NCBI GenBank assembly: GCA_023474975.1
Contig: JAMCXE010000003.1
Location: 1-35,300, forward strand
Direction: 5' to 3'
From: Patescibacteria group bacterium
GTDB taxonomy: Bacteria > Patescibacteriota > Minisyncoccia > UBA6257 > 02-FULL-45-10c
Length of the DNA stretch: 35,300 nucleotides
Shown: piece by piece, positions 1 to 8,035 of the stretch
How positions within the stretch are numbered: the stretch's first letter is position 1
How the letters are laid out: the number at the start of each line of letters is the position of its first letter
Program-made: the position numbers and the translations under genes
Notes under the pieces: model-generated
What the model saw: the letters and a program-made list of their open reading frames with translations, nothing else
Told to the model about the DNA's origin: nothing
Database searches by the model: none

Positions 1-380
1 GAAGTAATAAAAAAATATTTACCAAAAAATACGATCTGGGTGAAGCTGGCACATGGCGGAAAAGAAAATGAACGGGTAATTTCTTTCGGTTTTTGGATCC
101 TGTACAGATCAAAATGATAGACCTTTAAAAACTTTTGACTTTTTACTTTCGACCCCTGACTTTTTAGCGGATATTTTCGAAAAATTACAAAGGTTGGGCT
201 GGGTACGTGTGTTTTTATACCCAATGCTTTTATAAATCCCTGTGTAAAAGCAGTTTTGCCGGCACCCAAGTCACCGATCAACGCCAAAACCCGGGCATGT
301 TTTCCAACGCCGTCAGAAACTATTTTTTTAGCGAGGCGAATCGCTATTTTTTGTGTTTGTGATCTAGATTTACTTATCAT
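1..380 (-). CDS. tsaE: tRNA threonylcarbamoyladenosine biosynthesis ATPase TsaE/YjeE, N-terminal part (runs off the left edge)
   Basis: Absent from the ORF track because it is open at the window edge. My minus-strand translation from ATG at 378-380 reads MISKSRSQTQKIAIRLAKKIVSDGVGKHARVLALIGDLGAGKTAFTQGFIKALGIKTHVPSPTFVIFRKYPL..VYHFDLYRI. The P-loop GDLGAGKT, SPTF and HFDLYR are the TsaE signature. Residues after DLYR look non-canonical in this frame, so a frameshift or divergence is possible. Confidence 0.6.
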   Translation of the reverse strand, partial: MISKSRSQTQKIAIRLAKKIVSDGVGKHARVLALIGDLGAGKTAFTQGFIKALGIKTHVPSPTFVIFRKYPLKSQGSKVKSQKFLKVYHFDLYRIQKPKEITRSFSFPPCASFTQIVFFGKYFFIT

Positions 381-454
381 GTTCATTTTTCCCTCTTTTT
401 ATCTTAGTCTAACGTATGAGACCGAGAGATTTTTATTAAAATAAATTATTAATT

Positions 455-595
455 TTATCTATCATTCCAAACTCGATTTGGAATCCAGTCTTTTCTAAAT
501 TTCCTTGCCCGCCGGCAGGCAGGAATCTCTCACATAGATTGCCACGCCACAGGCCCCCTCGGTCATAGCCCTACGGATGAGACCTTGCAATGACC
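455..595. repeat. Cluster of GC-rich palindromic repeat fragments
   Basis: Contains ttccaaa..tttggaatccag, the near-palindrome cccgccggcaggcagg, agattgccacgcc (also at about 3244 and 34124) and cttgcaatgac (a variant of the CTCGCAATGAC end motif). Clearly more G+C-rich than the flanking DNA. Confidence 0.5.
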
Positions 596-643
596 GATTA
601 TTTTCCCACTACACCGCGGTATAGTGGCGCTATTTTTTAATTC

Positions 644-1126
644 TTAAAACAATTTAATATCCAATCTCTTTTCTAATTGCAGGATAACATACACCGCCAC
701 CAGTCCCAATATCAACGCCAAAAACAGATCCGTGGCGATCATTTTTCCGTTTGATGGCATTAGTCTTTGATTTAACACTTCGCCATTTGTAAATCCGACT
801 TCGGCGGTTTCGGTTTTCTGATGAGTTATCAATTTTCCTTCAGTTGCCACTCCGCTATATCCCAATTTGTCCACCAAAGCTCCTTTTGCGTCAAAAAGCG
901 AAATAGTTTCGCCATTGTTATTCAAAGAAATTTTTGTCTGAGAATAAGGCAGACTCAAATTCCCGCCGGGCTGTATGGTTCCGCTCAAAGAAAACGATTT
1001 ATTGGAGGCGTCGCTTATTTTCCAGCCGGCTAAATTGACGGCTTTATCGCCGTCATTAAAAATTTTTATATATTCCCCGGCATTATCCGCCCCAACCGGA
1101 TTCGGCAAAAATTCTTGGATAATCAT
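644..1126 (-). CDS. Lamin-tail-domain (LTD) protein with C-terminal membrane anchor
   Basis: 160-aa ORF. EFLPNPVGADNAGEYIKIFNDGDKAVNLAGWKISD ... LNNNGETISLFD matches the LTD pattern. C-terminal hydrophobic helix IATDLFLALILGLVAVYVIL. Confidence 0.7.
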   Translation of the reverse strand: MIIQEFLPNPVGADNAGEYIKIFNDGDKAVNLAGWKISDASNKSFSLSGTIQPGGNLSLPYSQTKISLNNNGETISLFDAKGALVDKLGYSGVATEGKLITHQKTETAEVGFTNGEVLNQRLMPSNGKMIATDLFLALILGLVAVYVILQLEKRLDIKLF

Positions 1127-1251
1127 ACCAGACAGTGAAAATTCGGCTATAAATTATATTTATTGCCAGGCAACGGCCGAATTTATACTGCCTGGCATAT
1201 CCACAATATTTCATCATTGCAAAACAAAAATATGCATCTTGGGGCTCGATC

Positions 1252-2040
1252 TCATCTTAAATATTTATCGCCAAATAATTTTATTAAATCTTGAATAACC
1301 TCTGTGGTAAAATAAGGGTCTATTTTAGTGTCGCTTAATCTCAATTGTAATTCTTCTAAATTTTTAACAATAAAATAATGGGAAGGTTCTAATTTGTTTA
1401 TAATCGCTTTCCCTCCAACAAGAAGGAGCATGTGTTTGGACAAAATATTTTTGCCTTTTTCTTTTAGCCACTTTTCTAAAGCCAAACTGTGACGCAAAAC
1501 TTCCCTAGAAGGACTATTATATTCACCAAGTGTATCTATACAACTATTACCATTGTGCCAATCATGTTTGAAAGTTTCTTTGCCAATAAAATCAAATTTT
1601 CCTTTTATATTTTTAATCTCTATACATATAATTCCCTTGGGTCCAATAATAACCACATCTATATCAAAGTTATTTCCTGAAATTGGAATATGAAAATTTG
1701 GATATATTTTATATCGCTCATCTAAAATTTCTATAAGTTTATTAAAAGTCTTTTTTTCGCCCCAATTTCCTTTCCATGCATTTTTCAAATTATAGATACA
1801 TAAATCTAAATAATCGCCAATTCTTTCAAGAAATTTTAATTCAAGCGTCCCTAGTAAAAAACCAGTAGTAAATGAAATTGCAGATAATACAAATGTTCGG
1901 TCTAGCCATCTTTTATTCACAAAGATGTCTCCAAAACTATATTCTAGTCCAAAATAAGCAATCAAAATTACTACCATTAAAACAAATATAATTTTAAAAA
2001 TATTAAAAATAATAAGTTTTTTAGAATATGACAAATGCAT
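1252..2040 (-). CDS. NERD (nuclease-related domain) protein with N-terminal transmembrane helices
   Basis: 262-aa ORF with two N-terminal hydrophobic helices, then FDIDVVIIGPKGIICIEIKNIKGKF, typical of NERD domains. Starts 3 nt after the ruvB stop, so probably co-transcribed. Confidence 0.6.
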   Translation of the reverse strand: MHLSYSKKLIIFNIFKIIFVLMVVILIAYFGLEYSFGDIFVNKRWLDRTFVLSAISFTTGFLLGTLELKFLERIGDYLDLCIYNLKNAWKGNWGEKKTFNKLIEILDERYKIYPNFHIPISGNNFDIDVVIIGPKGIICIEIKNIKGKFDFIGKETFKHDWHNGNSCIDTLGEYNSPSREVLRHSLALEKWLKEKGKNILSKHMLLLVGGKAIINKLEPSHYFIVKNLEELQLRLSDTKIDPYFTTEVIQDLIKLFGDKYLR

Positions 2041-2043
2041 ACA

Positions 2044-3051
2044 CTAAATCAATTTCTCTCCCTTCGGATCCTTCACTCCCAAATGCTTATAAGCTTCTAC
2101 GGTGACCATTCTGCCTGCCGGAGTGCGGACTAAAAGACCAATACTCATTAAATATGGTTCATAAACATCTTCAATAATTCCGCTGTCGTCGTTAAGCGCG
2201 GCGGAAAGAGTTTGAATGCCCACCGGGCCGCCCTTGAACTTTTCAATAATAGTTAAAAGTAGTTGCCTATCTGTCGGCTCCAGACCGAGATTGTCTACCT
2301 CCAACATTTCTAATGTTTGCTTGGCAATGTCTTCTGTAACTTTTGGTGAATCGTTTACATCGGCGAAATCACGGACGCGGCGGAGCAATCTGTTTGCCGT
2401 TCTCGGAGTGAAACGCGAAGCCCGCGCGATTATATTCAGGGCAACCGGATCGATTTCCAAATTCAAAAGCTTGGCGGAACGTTTCACGATGGCTTCAATA
2501 TCGGGAATTTCGTAATAATCAAGTTTGAAAGTCGCGCCAAAACGGGAACGGAGCGGGCCGGAAAGCAAATTTGCCCTTGTTGTCGCCGCGATCAAAGTGA
2601 ACGGCGGAAGATCTATCGCCAAAGTCCTGGCACCAGCTCCCTTTCCGACTATTAAATGCAATTTCCTATTCTCTAATGCTGGATAAAGCACTTCTTCGAT
2701 CGCGCGGTTCAATCTATGCGCTTCATCAATAAACAAAACATCTCCTTTTTCCAAATTACTCAAAATTGCCGCCAGGTCTCCCATTTTTTCCAATGCCGGA
2801 CCGGAAGTTATTTTCAAATTTGCCGACATTTCCCGCGCGATCAAATATGCCAGCGTTGTTTTTCCAAGCCCTGCCTGTCCATATAAAAGAAGGTGGTCGC
2901 TAACTTCGCCGCGTTTTTTGGCGGCATCCAAAATAGTCTTCAAATTCTTCTTGATCTTCCTTTGCCCTACATATTCATCCCAATGCGACGGTCTTAAAGC
3001 CAGGTCTATCACCTCATCTCCTGCTTGTTTGTTTGTAATTTTGTTAGTCAT
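2044..3051 (-). CDS. ruvB: Holliday junction branch-migration helicase RuvB
   Basis: 335 aa. LRPSHWDEYVGQ, Walker A GQAGLGKTTLA, Walker B VLFIDEAHRL, and a typical RuvB C-terminal winged-helix region. Confidence 0.95.
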   Translation of the reverse strand: MTNKITNKQAGDEVIDLALRPSHWDEYVGQRKIKKNLKTILDAAKKRGEVSDHLLLYGQAGLGKTTLAYLIAREMSANLKITSGPALEKMGDLAAILSNLEKGDVLFIDEAHRLNRAIEEVLYPALENRKLHLIVGKGAGARTLAIDLPPFTLIAATTRANLLSGPLRSRFGATFKLDYYEIPDIEAIVKRSAKLLNLEIDPVALNIIARASRFTPRTANRLLRRVRDFADVNDSPKVTEDIAKQTLEMLEVDNLGLEPTDRQLLLTIIEKFKGGPVGIQTLSAALNDDSGIIEDVYEPYLMSIGLLVRTPAGRMVTVEAYKHLGVKDPKGEKLI

Positions 3052-3060
3052 ATTCTTCGT

Positions 3061-3320
3061 TTGTCGTTCCGGGCTTGACCCGGAATCCAGATCTGGATTC
3101 CCTCCACCAACTGGCGGATTCGCGAGAATGACAGAATTATCTCGCCTTACCTTCTAAAAATACCAAATTTTGTCCGTCATTGCGAGTGCTACTGAAACGA
3201 TCTGACCGTAGGTCATCCAGAGCGAAGCGTGAGGATCTCAAATGGATTGCCACGCTCCAAAAACGGGACTCGCAATGACAAAAGATAAACTCACCACCCC
3301 GCGAACTCCTCGCAATGACT
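3061..3320. repeat. Cluster of GC-rich palindromic repeats (GTCATTGCGAG / CTCGCAATGAC family plus a GGAATCCAGATCTGGATTCC palindrome)
   Basis: Perfect 20-bp palindrome ggaatccagatctggattcc at 3082-3101. GTCATTGCGAG at 3176-3186 pairs with CTCGCAATGAC at 3269-3279 (a 104-bp unit). A further CTCGCAATGAC lies at 3309-3319 and a variant cgcgagaatgac at 3121-3132. Confidence 0.65.
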
Positions 3321-3376
3321 AAAACTGTAATATTTTCAATTTTAAATCGTTATATTCTTCGCACCTTGTCAACCAC

Positions 3377-3405
3377 TTGACAGATTTATTATGTTATGCT
3401 ATCAT
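3377..3405 (+). promoter_or_regulatory. Sigma-70-like promoter: TTGACA, 17 nt, TGcTATCAT (extended -10)
   Basis: TTGACA at 3377-3382, 17-nt spacer, TATCAT at 3400-3405 preceded by TGc. The -35 overlaps the palindrome cttgtcaa-ccac-ttgacag (3365-3383). Confidence 0.45.
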
Positions 3406-3411
3406 ATTCTT

Positions 3412-3626
3412 ATCATTAAAAAGTAAATAGTGTAATAGCCTGTGGGCGGGAGTTGATTTTATATGGACGGTTTGGCTCCGGCGAGACCCATCCTATATGC
3501 AATTCTAACCTTTTTAAAAATTTATTTTTGAAAAGCCCTACAAACCTGTGTCGCTGCCGCGACATATTTGCCCACAGACTATTGCACTCTTTACACTAAA
3601 ACCTCTGCCGAGGTTTTTTTGTTTTT
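3412..3626 (+). ncRNA. Candidate structured small RNA (about 210 nt, family not identified; 6S-like rod is one possibility)
   Basis: Lies between the promoter above and an intrinsic terminator (aacctc-tgcc-gaggtt followed by tttttgttttt, 3599-3626). A long closing stem pairs 3422-3449 (agtaaatagtgtaatagcctgtgggc) with 3571-3597 (gcccacagactattgcactctttacact), with wobble pairs. Internal hairpins are atatgga..tcctatat and gtcgc-tgcc-gcgac. No long ORF. Confidence 0.4.
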
Positions 3627-3635
3627 GGCTTACAA

Positions 3636-4226
3636 TTAATAATAATTACCCAATTCACCCTCCTTTTTTTTAAATTCTTGTTTTTCTATTATTTTCTCTA
3701 ACTCGCTAATTTTATTCCGAAAATCTTGCACATTCAATCCAGTCTTTTCAAGAACGCCAAAGAGTTTTTTTATTTTATCTAGCCTCTGTCCGATCGAGTC
3801 AGGATAGTTCAAAAACGATTCAATTTCATCTTTTTCCTCATTTTTAATTACATTCTTATCTATTTTTTCAACTACGGACTTGATGGTCTTTAATTCATCC
3901 TTAAAAATACCTGCGAGCTCCTCAACTTTTTTATCAAAACTTTCTTGTTCTATTTTTTTATAAAGTTTAATTTTGCCGTTAGAATCAAGTCTGTTTTTAG
4001 CCTGAATGAATTCATCAAAGAGAACAGTGAGGTCGGGCAAAAAATGTTCATTGTAAATACTATAAAAATACTTATTGTTTGGCCCTATTTCTGAGATCAT
4101 TCTATCTAAAATCCCTAATCTACCCGTTGTTATTGACTCCATCCCAACCTCCCTTTCCTGCCCTGATTCTACCGTGTTTTTCAACTTACTTTCAAAATAT
4201 TTTTTAGCGTCAAAATTATTTTCCAT
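3636..4226 (-). CDS. Hypothetical coiled-coil protein (Lys/Glu-rich)
   Basis: 196-aa ORF with an ATG start and coding-like composition. I recognise no domain. Confidence 0.55.
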   Translation of the reverse strand: MENNFDAKKYFESKLKNTVESGQEREVGMESITTGRLGILDRMISEIGPNNKYFYSIYNEHFLPDLTVLFDEFIQAKNRLDSNGKIKLYKKIEQESFDKKVEELAGIFKDELKTIKSVVEKIDKNVIKNEEKDEIESFLNYPDSIGQRLDKIKKLFGVLEKTGLNVQDFRNKISELEKIIEKQEFKKKEGELGNYY

Positions 4227-4253
4227 TTTTTTGTTTTTATCTTAATTTTACAA

Positions 4254-4640
4254 TTATTTTTGATTGTCTTTATTTTGTAATTTTGAAATATTGGGAGTTA
4301 CTAAAAAAATGATGACAATGGTTAAAACTAATAAAAGAGCTGGCGCCCAAATCGCGGTTGATAAGAAACTCTTTACCAACCAGGGAGACGCACTATTAAT
4401 TGGCGCCCCACTACCTAATGAAAATTCCAATAAAAATATTATGGCAAAATCATACAAGACCGACAATAGGGATAAGACCAGCGCTATAGCAAAACTTGAA
4501 AATTTATTATATTTAAAAGTCAATAAATTAAGTAAAATAAATACGGTAATTGCTCCTCCAATTATAAGAAAAAGGCTTTTCCCGCCATACATATAAACAA
4601 CGGCAATGATGCCTACTAAAAGAGTTATGGTCGCTTGCAA
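4254..4640 (-). CDS. Hypothetical integral membrane protein (about 4 TM helices)
   Basis: 128-aa ORF, strongly hydrophobic throughout. The start codon is TTG at 4638-4640, so the start is uncertain. Confidence 0.5.
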   Translation of the reverse strand: MQATITLLVGIIAVVYMYGGKSLFLIIGGAITVFILLNLLTFKYNKFSSFAIALVLSLLSVLYDFAIIFLLEFSLGSGAPINSASPWLVKSFLSTAIWAPALLLVLTIVIIFLVTPNISKLQNKDNQK

Positions 4641-4699
4641 GGAAATAAAAAAACGTATAAGTTTCGAATAAAATCTGGTATTTTCACCGCTGTTTTGAA

Positions 4700-4873
4700 C
4701 TATGGTTTTAGAGGTTTGATCTTTTTTTCATTCTTCCACAATTCCTTATTTAAAATTTCTTGAATATCTTCTTTTTTATATCCCTGCTTAATTAAATCAT
4801 CAGCGATTTTCTCATTAGCAACCAAACCATCTTGTTTTATTTCTGTTATCTTTTTGATTAATTCTTCGTTCAT
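4700..4873 (-). CDS. Small hypothetical protein (57 aa)
   Basis: Below the ORF-track cut-off. My translation reads MNEELIKKITEIKQDGLVANEKIADDLIKQGYKKEDIQEILNKELWKNEKKIKPLKP, with stop TAG at 4700-4702. It sits between pilB and the membrane protein on the same strand. Confidence 0.3.
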   Translation of the reverse strand: MNEELIKKITEIKQDGLVANEKIADDLIKQGYKKEDIQEILNKELWKNEKKIKPLKP

Positions 4874-4896
4874 ATTTTTTTAATTAATTTTTAGAA

Positions 4897-4957
4897 CCTG
4901 GATTCCGGGTCCCTCCTTCGCATAGCTACAGCGGGCGAAGCAAGTTTGGAATGACGT
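4897..4957. repeat. GC-rich repeat fragment (cctggattccggg ... ggaatgacg)
   Basis: Shares the ggattcc/ggaatcc word with 481-489 and 3082-3101, and the gcgaagc and aatgac words with the GTCATTGCGAG family. Confidence 0.45.
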
Positions 4958-5022
4958 AAATTTTGGTTATTTGGACATTTCGTCATTGAGATTTGATTAG
5001 AAATTAGGAATTAGAAATTGTT

Positions 5023-6702
5023 TTAGTTCTCGAGTTCCTCTAATGGTCCCGTTATCTTTTCCACCTCATCAAAAGTGGTAAGCCCTTGAATAACCTTCAA
5101 AATTCCATCTTCCTGCATATTCACCATTCCCTCTTTTTCTTTGGCAAATTCATCTATTTGGATCTCTCCTCCGCCGTTAGTCAAAATTTCTTCGATCTCT
5201 TTGGTAATTTTCAAAAGCTCATAAATACCAACCCTGCCCTTGTATCCAGTGCCTCCGCATTTTTCACAACCAACCGGTTCATAAATATCAAAATTTTTAT
5301 AATCATCCTTGTTCACTCTCGCCGGAAGACCTGCAACAAATTTTTCTAATTTACTTTTCATTTCATCGGAAATAGCCGCTTTTTTCTTGCAGTCAACGCA
5401 AAGTCTTTTAAGAAGACGCTGGGCAATTATCAAATTCATTGCCGGGCCGATGCTAGTAGTCCGCACGCCCAGATCTTCAAGTCTTGGAATAGCTCCGGAC
5501 GCCCTATTTGCATGAACCGTAGAAAACACTAAATGTCCGGTTAAAGACGCCTGTATCGCGATCTCTGCCGTTTCTTTATCTCTAATTTCACCGATCAAAA
5601 TAATATCCGGGTCCTGTCTCATCATAGACCTCAGTCCATTTGCAAAAGTATAGTCGGCTTCTGGATCAACTTGGGTCTGCTCTATTCCCTCCAGATGATA
5701 TTCAATAGGATCTTCGATGGTAATTATTTTACTGTCCGGAGAAGCCTTCTCTCTCAAAAAAGCATAAAGAGTTGTTGTTTTACCGGAACCCGTAGGGCCG
5801 GTATTCAAGATCATTCCATTCGGACGCTTTAGCTCCGTCTCAACTATTTTCAGATCATCGGGACGAAAACCAAGCTGAGCCATTGATAAATTAATAACAC
5901 TCGGATCCAAAATTCTCATTACAATAACCTCGCCATATTCAGAAGGAGCTATAGCTACACGAAGTTCGATATCTTTTCCCTCGCCAAAACCTATCGTAAT
6001 GCGGCCATCTTGAGCTTTATCACCAACATTCAATTTTAGATCGGCTAAAAGTTTTATTCTGGAAAGTAAATGTTTATAAATATTCATATCCAGATCAGAC
6101 ATTACATCTCGAAGATCGCCATCGATGCGATATCTAATTCTGGTCTGTTTTTCGCCCGGCTCAAAATGAATATCGGACGCTCGATTTGCCATAGCTCCGG
6201 CCAAAACGATCTCTAAAATTTGCCCGGTCGGATTATTTCTATAATCAAAAGTAGTGATCGCCTGATGCACATCATCTAGTCTTATTAATTTCTCCTTAAG
6301 AGCGCTCAGTCTGTCTTTATCGATATTTATACGTCCAGTAAGCGGTTCGGTGCTTTTTACTGCAAATTTATAAAAATCCCAGGCTTTTTTTAAACTACTC
6401 ATAGAAACCACAAAGATCTTTGGCTTTAAACCTTTTGCCTCAACAGCTTTTATTTGCGCCAAAGCTTTTGGATCTGAGGGATCAAAAACCACCAAAACAA
6501 CATCCTTACTCTTATTTTCTATCGCAGCAATTTTTGCGTCTATAGCCTCTTTTTCCGGCACAAGTAATAACGCGTCTGTTTCAATAGGCAGTAATGCAAG
6601 GTCTAAATAAGGAAAGGCGAGTCTCTCCGCCCTTCTCTGAGCGTCCCTTTCTTCAGCCTCCCTATTCATTTTTAATAATGTATCTTCCGCTTTTGTTGCC
6701 AT
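5023..6702 (-). CDS. pilB: GspE/PilB-family secretion ATPase (type IV pilus assembly ATPase-like)
   Basis: 559 aa. Walker A GPTGSGKTTT, Asp box/Walker B MRQDPDIILIGEIRD, His box GHLVFSTVHAN, and the tetracysteine motif CVDCKK..CEKCGGTGYKGRVGIYE. Confidence 0.9.
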   Translation of the reverse strand: MATKAEDTLLKMNREAEERDAQRRAERLAFPYLDLALLPIETDALLLVPEKEAIDAKIAAIENKSKDVVLVVFDPSDPKALAQIKAVEAKGLKPKIFVVSMSSLKKAWDFYKFAVKSTEPLTGRINIDKDRLSALKEKLIRLDDVHQAITTFDYRNNPTGQILEIVLAGAMANRASDIHFEPGEKQTRIRYRIDGDLRDVMSDLDMNIYKHLLSRIKLLADLKLNVGDKAQDGRITIGFGEGKDIELRVAIAPSEYGEVIVMRILDPSVINLSMAQLGFRPDDLKIVETELKRPNGMILNTGPTGSGKTTTLYAFLREKASPDSKIITIEDPIEYHLEGIEQTQVDPEADYTFANGLRSMMRQDPDIILIGEIRDKETAEIAIQASLTGHLVFSTVHANRASGAIPRLEDLGVRTTSIGPAMNLIIAQRLLKRLCVDCKKKAAISDEMKSKLEKFVAGLPARVNKDDYKNFDIYEPVGCEKCGGTGYKGRVGIYELLKITKEIEEILTNGGGEIQIDEFAKEKEGMVNMQEDGILKVIQGLTTFDEVEKITGPLEELEN

Positions 6703-7017
6703 ATCAAGTGATCGCGCCTATCGGCCACGAAAAAAGTTTAATTGTTTATAATGCAGTACCGACTTAAGCAAGTCTATCCCACCAAGCAAAGATCGTTTTA
6801 TCAAGACATTGTCCGAAGCGGGACAGCAATATTCTGTCGCGCAGCATATCATTATCGTAAATTAAAAATCCTTCTTATTCAATATCAAAAACTTGATAAC
6901 TTCTACAGCCATATTTTAAATTGTCTAAACTTAATTCGTCATTTTAAATGGTTTGACAAAAATATAAATTTATTTTATTGTTATTAACAGTTCTAAAAAA
7001 TCTATTGGGAGGAACTT

Positions 7018-7389
7018 ATGATGCGCTTAATATTCATTGTTTTCACAAATTTGTTCATCGGCTCAGCATTAAGCATGCTTCGAGATACTCCGCTCAGCAC
7101 AACCGCTGCGCTAAGCATAGGTGCCGCATTCATAATTCTAGCCATACTCCTTACCGGAATGTCATTGCTTATGAAAAAAGATGAATTAAAAAAAGCTAGG
7201 AAGGTGATCAAGGAGGGAGAAGTTTATCATGTACTTTCTCAGTTTACTGCAAGAGAAGCAGGATCATCCGGCGGCGTTATCGGAGCTGTGCGCAACAATA
7301 AAACCAAAAAACTGGAATTCCTGATCTTCGACAAAGAACTTCCCCCCATCTTCAAAAAAGAAGACGGGGAATTAGTTCCTTACCAGTAA
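7018..7389 (+). CDS. Hypothetical small membrane protein
   Basis: 123 aa with two N-terminal hydrophobic helices. Strong SD GGGAGG at 7007-7012, 5 nt before the ATG, and an intrinsic terminator directly downstream. Confidence 0.6.
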   Translation: MMRLIFIVFTNLFIGSALSMLRDTPLSTTAALSIGAAFIILAILLTGMSLLMKKDELKKARKVIKEGEVYHVLSQFTAREAGSSGGVIGAVRNNKTKKLEFLIFDKELPPIFKKEDGELVPYQ

Positions 7390-7394
7390 AAATC

Positions 7395-7423
7395 AGCCCC
7401 GGCCTAAAGTCGGGGCTTTTTTA
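7395..7423 (+). terminator. Rho-independent terminator
   Basis: agccccg-gcctaaagt-cggggct followed by ttttttattt. Confidence 0.7.
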
Positions 7424-7492
7424 TTTAAAATTTTACTTAAAAAATACCCAATCTTTAAAAAATGTTAAGTTTATTTTATAATTAAAATTAAT

Positions 7493-8035
7493 ATGTCTGG
7501 TCACAATAAATGGTCTCAGATAAAACATAAAAAAGGCGTATCCGACGTTAAACGCGGAAATTTGTTTTCCAAGCTTTTGCGTGCGATCTCCATTGCCGCT
7601 AAAGACGAGCCGAATCCACAATTCAATCCCAGGCTCCGGACCGCAGTTGAAACAGCCAAAGAAGCTCTAGTGCCGGCCGAAAACATTGAACGCGCTATAA
7701 ATAAGGCTTCCGAACAGAAAGACCTGTCAGAAATGGTGATCGAAGCATACGGACCGGAAGGATCAGCGATCATTATTGAAGCCATCACCGATAATACCAA
7801 TCGTACTATTTCTGAAGTAAAAAAGATCTTAAGTGACCATAGCGCTAAATTTGCCAATCAAGGAAGCGTGCTCTGGGCGTTTGATGCGCCAATAAAGGGA
7901 AATCCGGAAGCCGCCGAATGGAAGGCTAAATTTCCGCAAAGCATTTCCGAAGAATCAAAAGCAAAACTGGAAAAACTTATTGAAGCCCTGGACGAACATG
8001 ATGACGTCCAAAATATTTTCACGAATACTTTATAA
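7493..8035 (+). CDS. yebC: YebC/PmpR-family protein, short form (180 aa)
   Basis: GHNKWSQIKHKKG, KRGNLFSKL, NPRLRTAVETAK and C-terminal DDVQNIFTN. About 55-60 residues of the canonical middle domain appear to be absent. Confidence 0.85.
   Translation: MSGHNKWSQIKHKKGVSDVKRGNLFSKLLRAISIAAKDEPNPQFNPRLRTAVETAKEALVPAENIERAINKASEQKDLSEMVIEAYGPEGSAIIIEAITDNTNRTISEVKKILSDHSAKFANQGSVLWAFDAPIKGNPEAAEWKAKFPQSISEESKAKLEKLIEALDEHDDVQNIFTNTL

Noticed and set aside
256-444. 62-aa plus-strand ORF
   Set aside because: It lies antisense to the clear TsaE P-loop region on the minus strand. It has no motif, so I treat it as a shadow ORF.
6703-7017. Possible tRNA or ncRNA in the pilB upstream region
   Set aside because: Only short isolated hairpins are present (for example tgtcc-gaagcg-ggaca). 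I could find no cloverleaf, no T-loop GTTCRANNC motif and no promoter/terminator pair.
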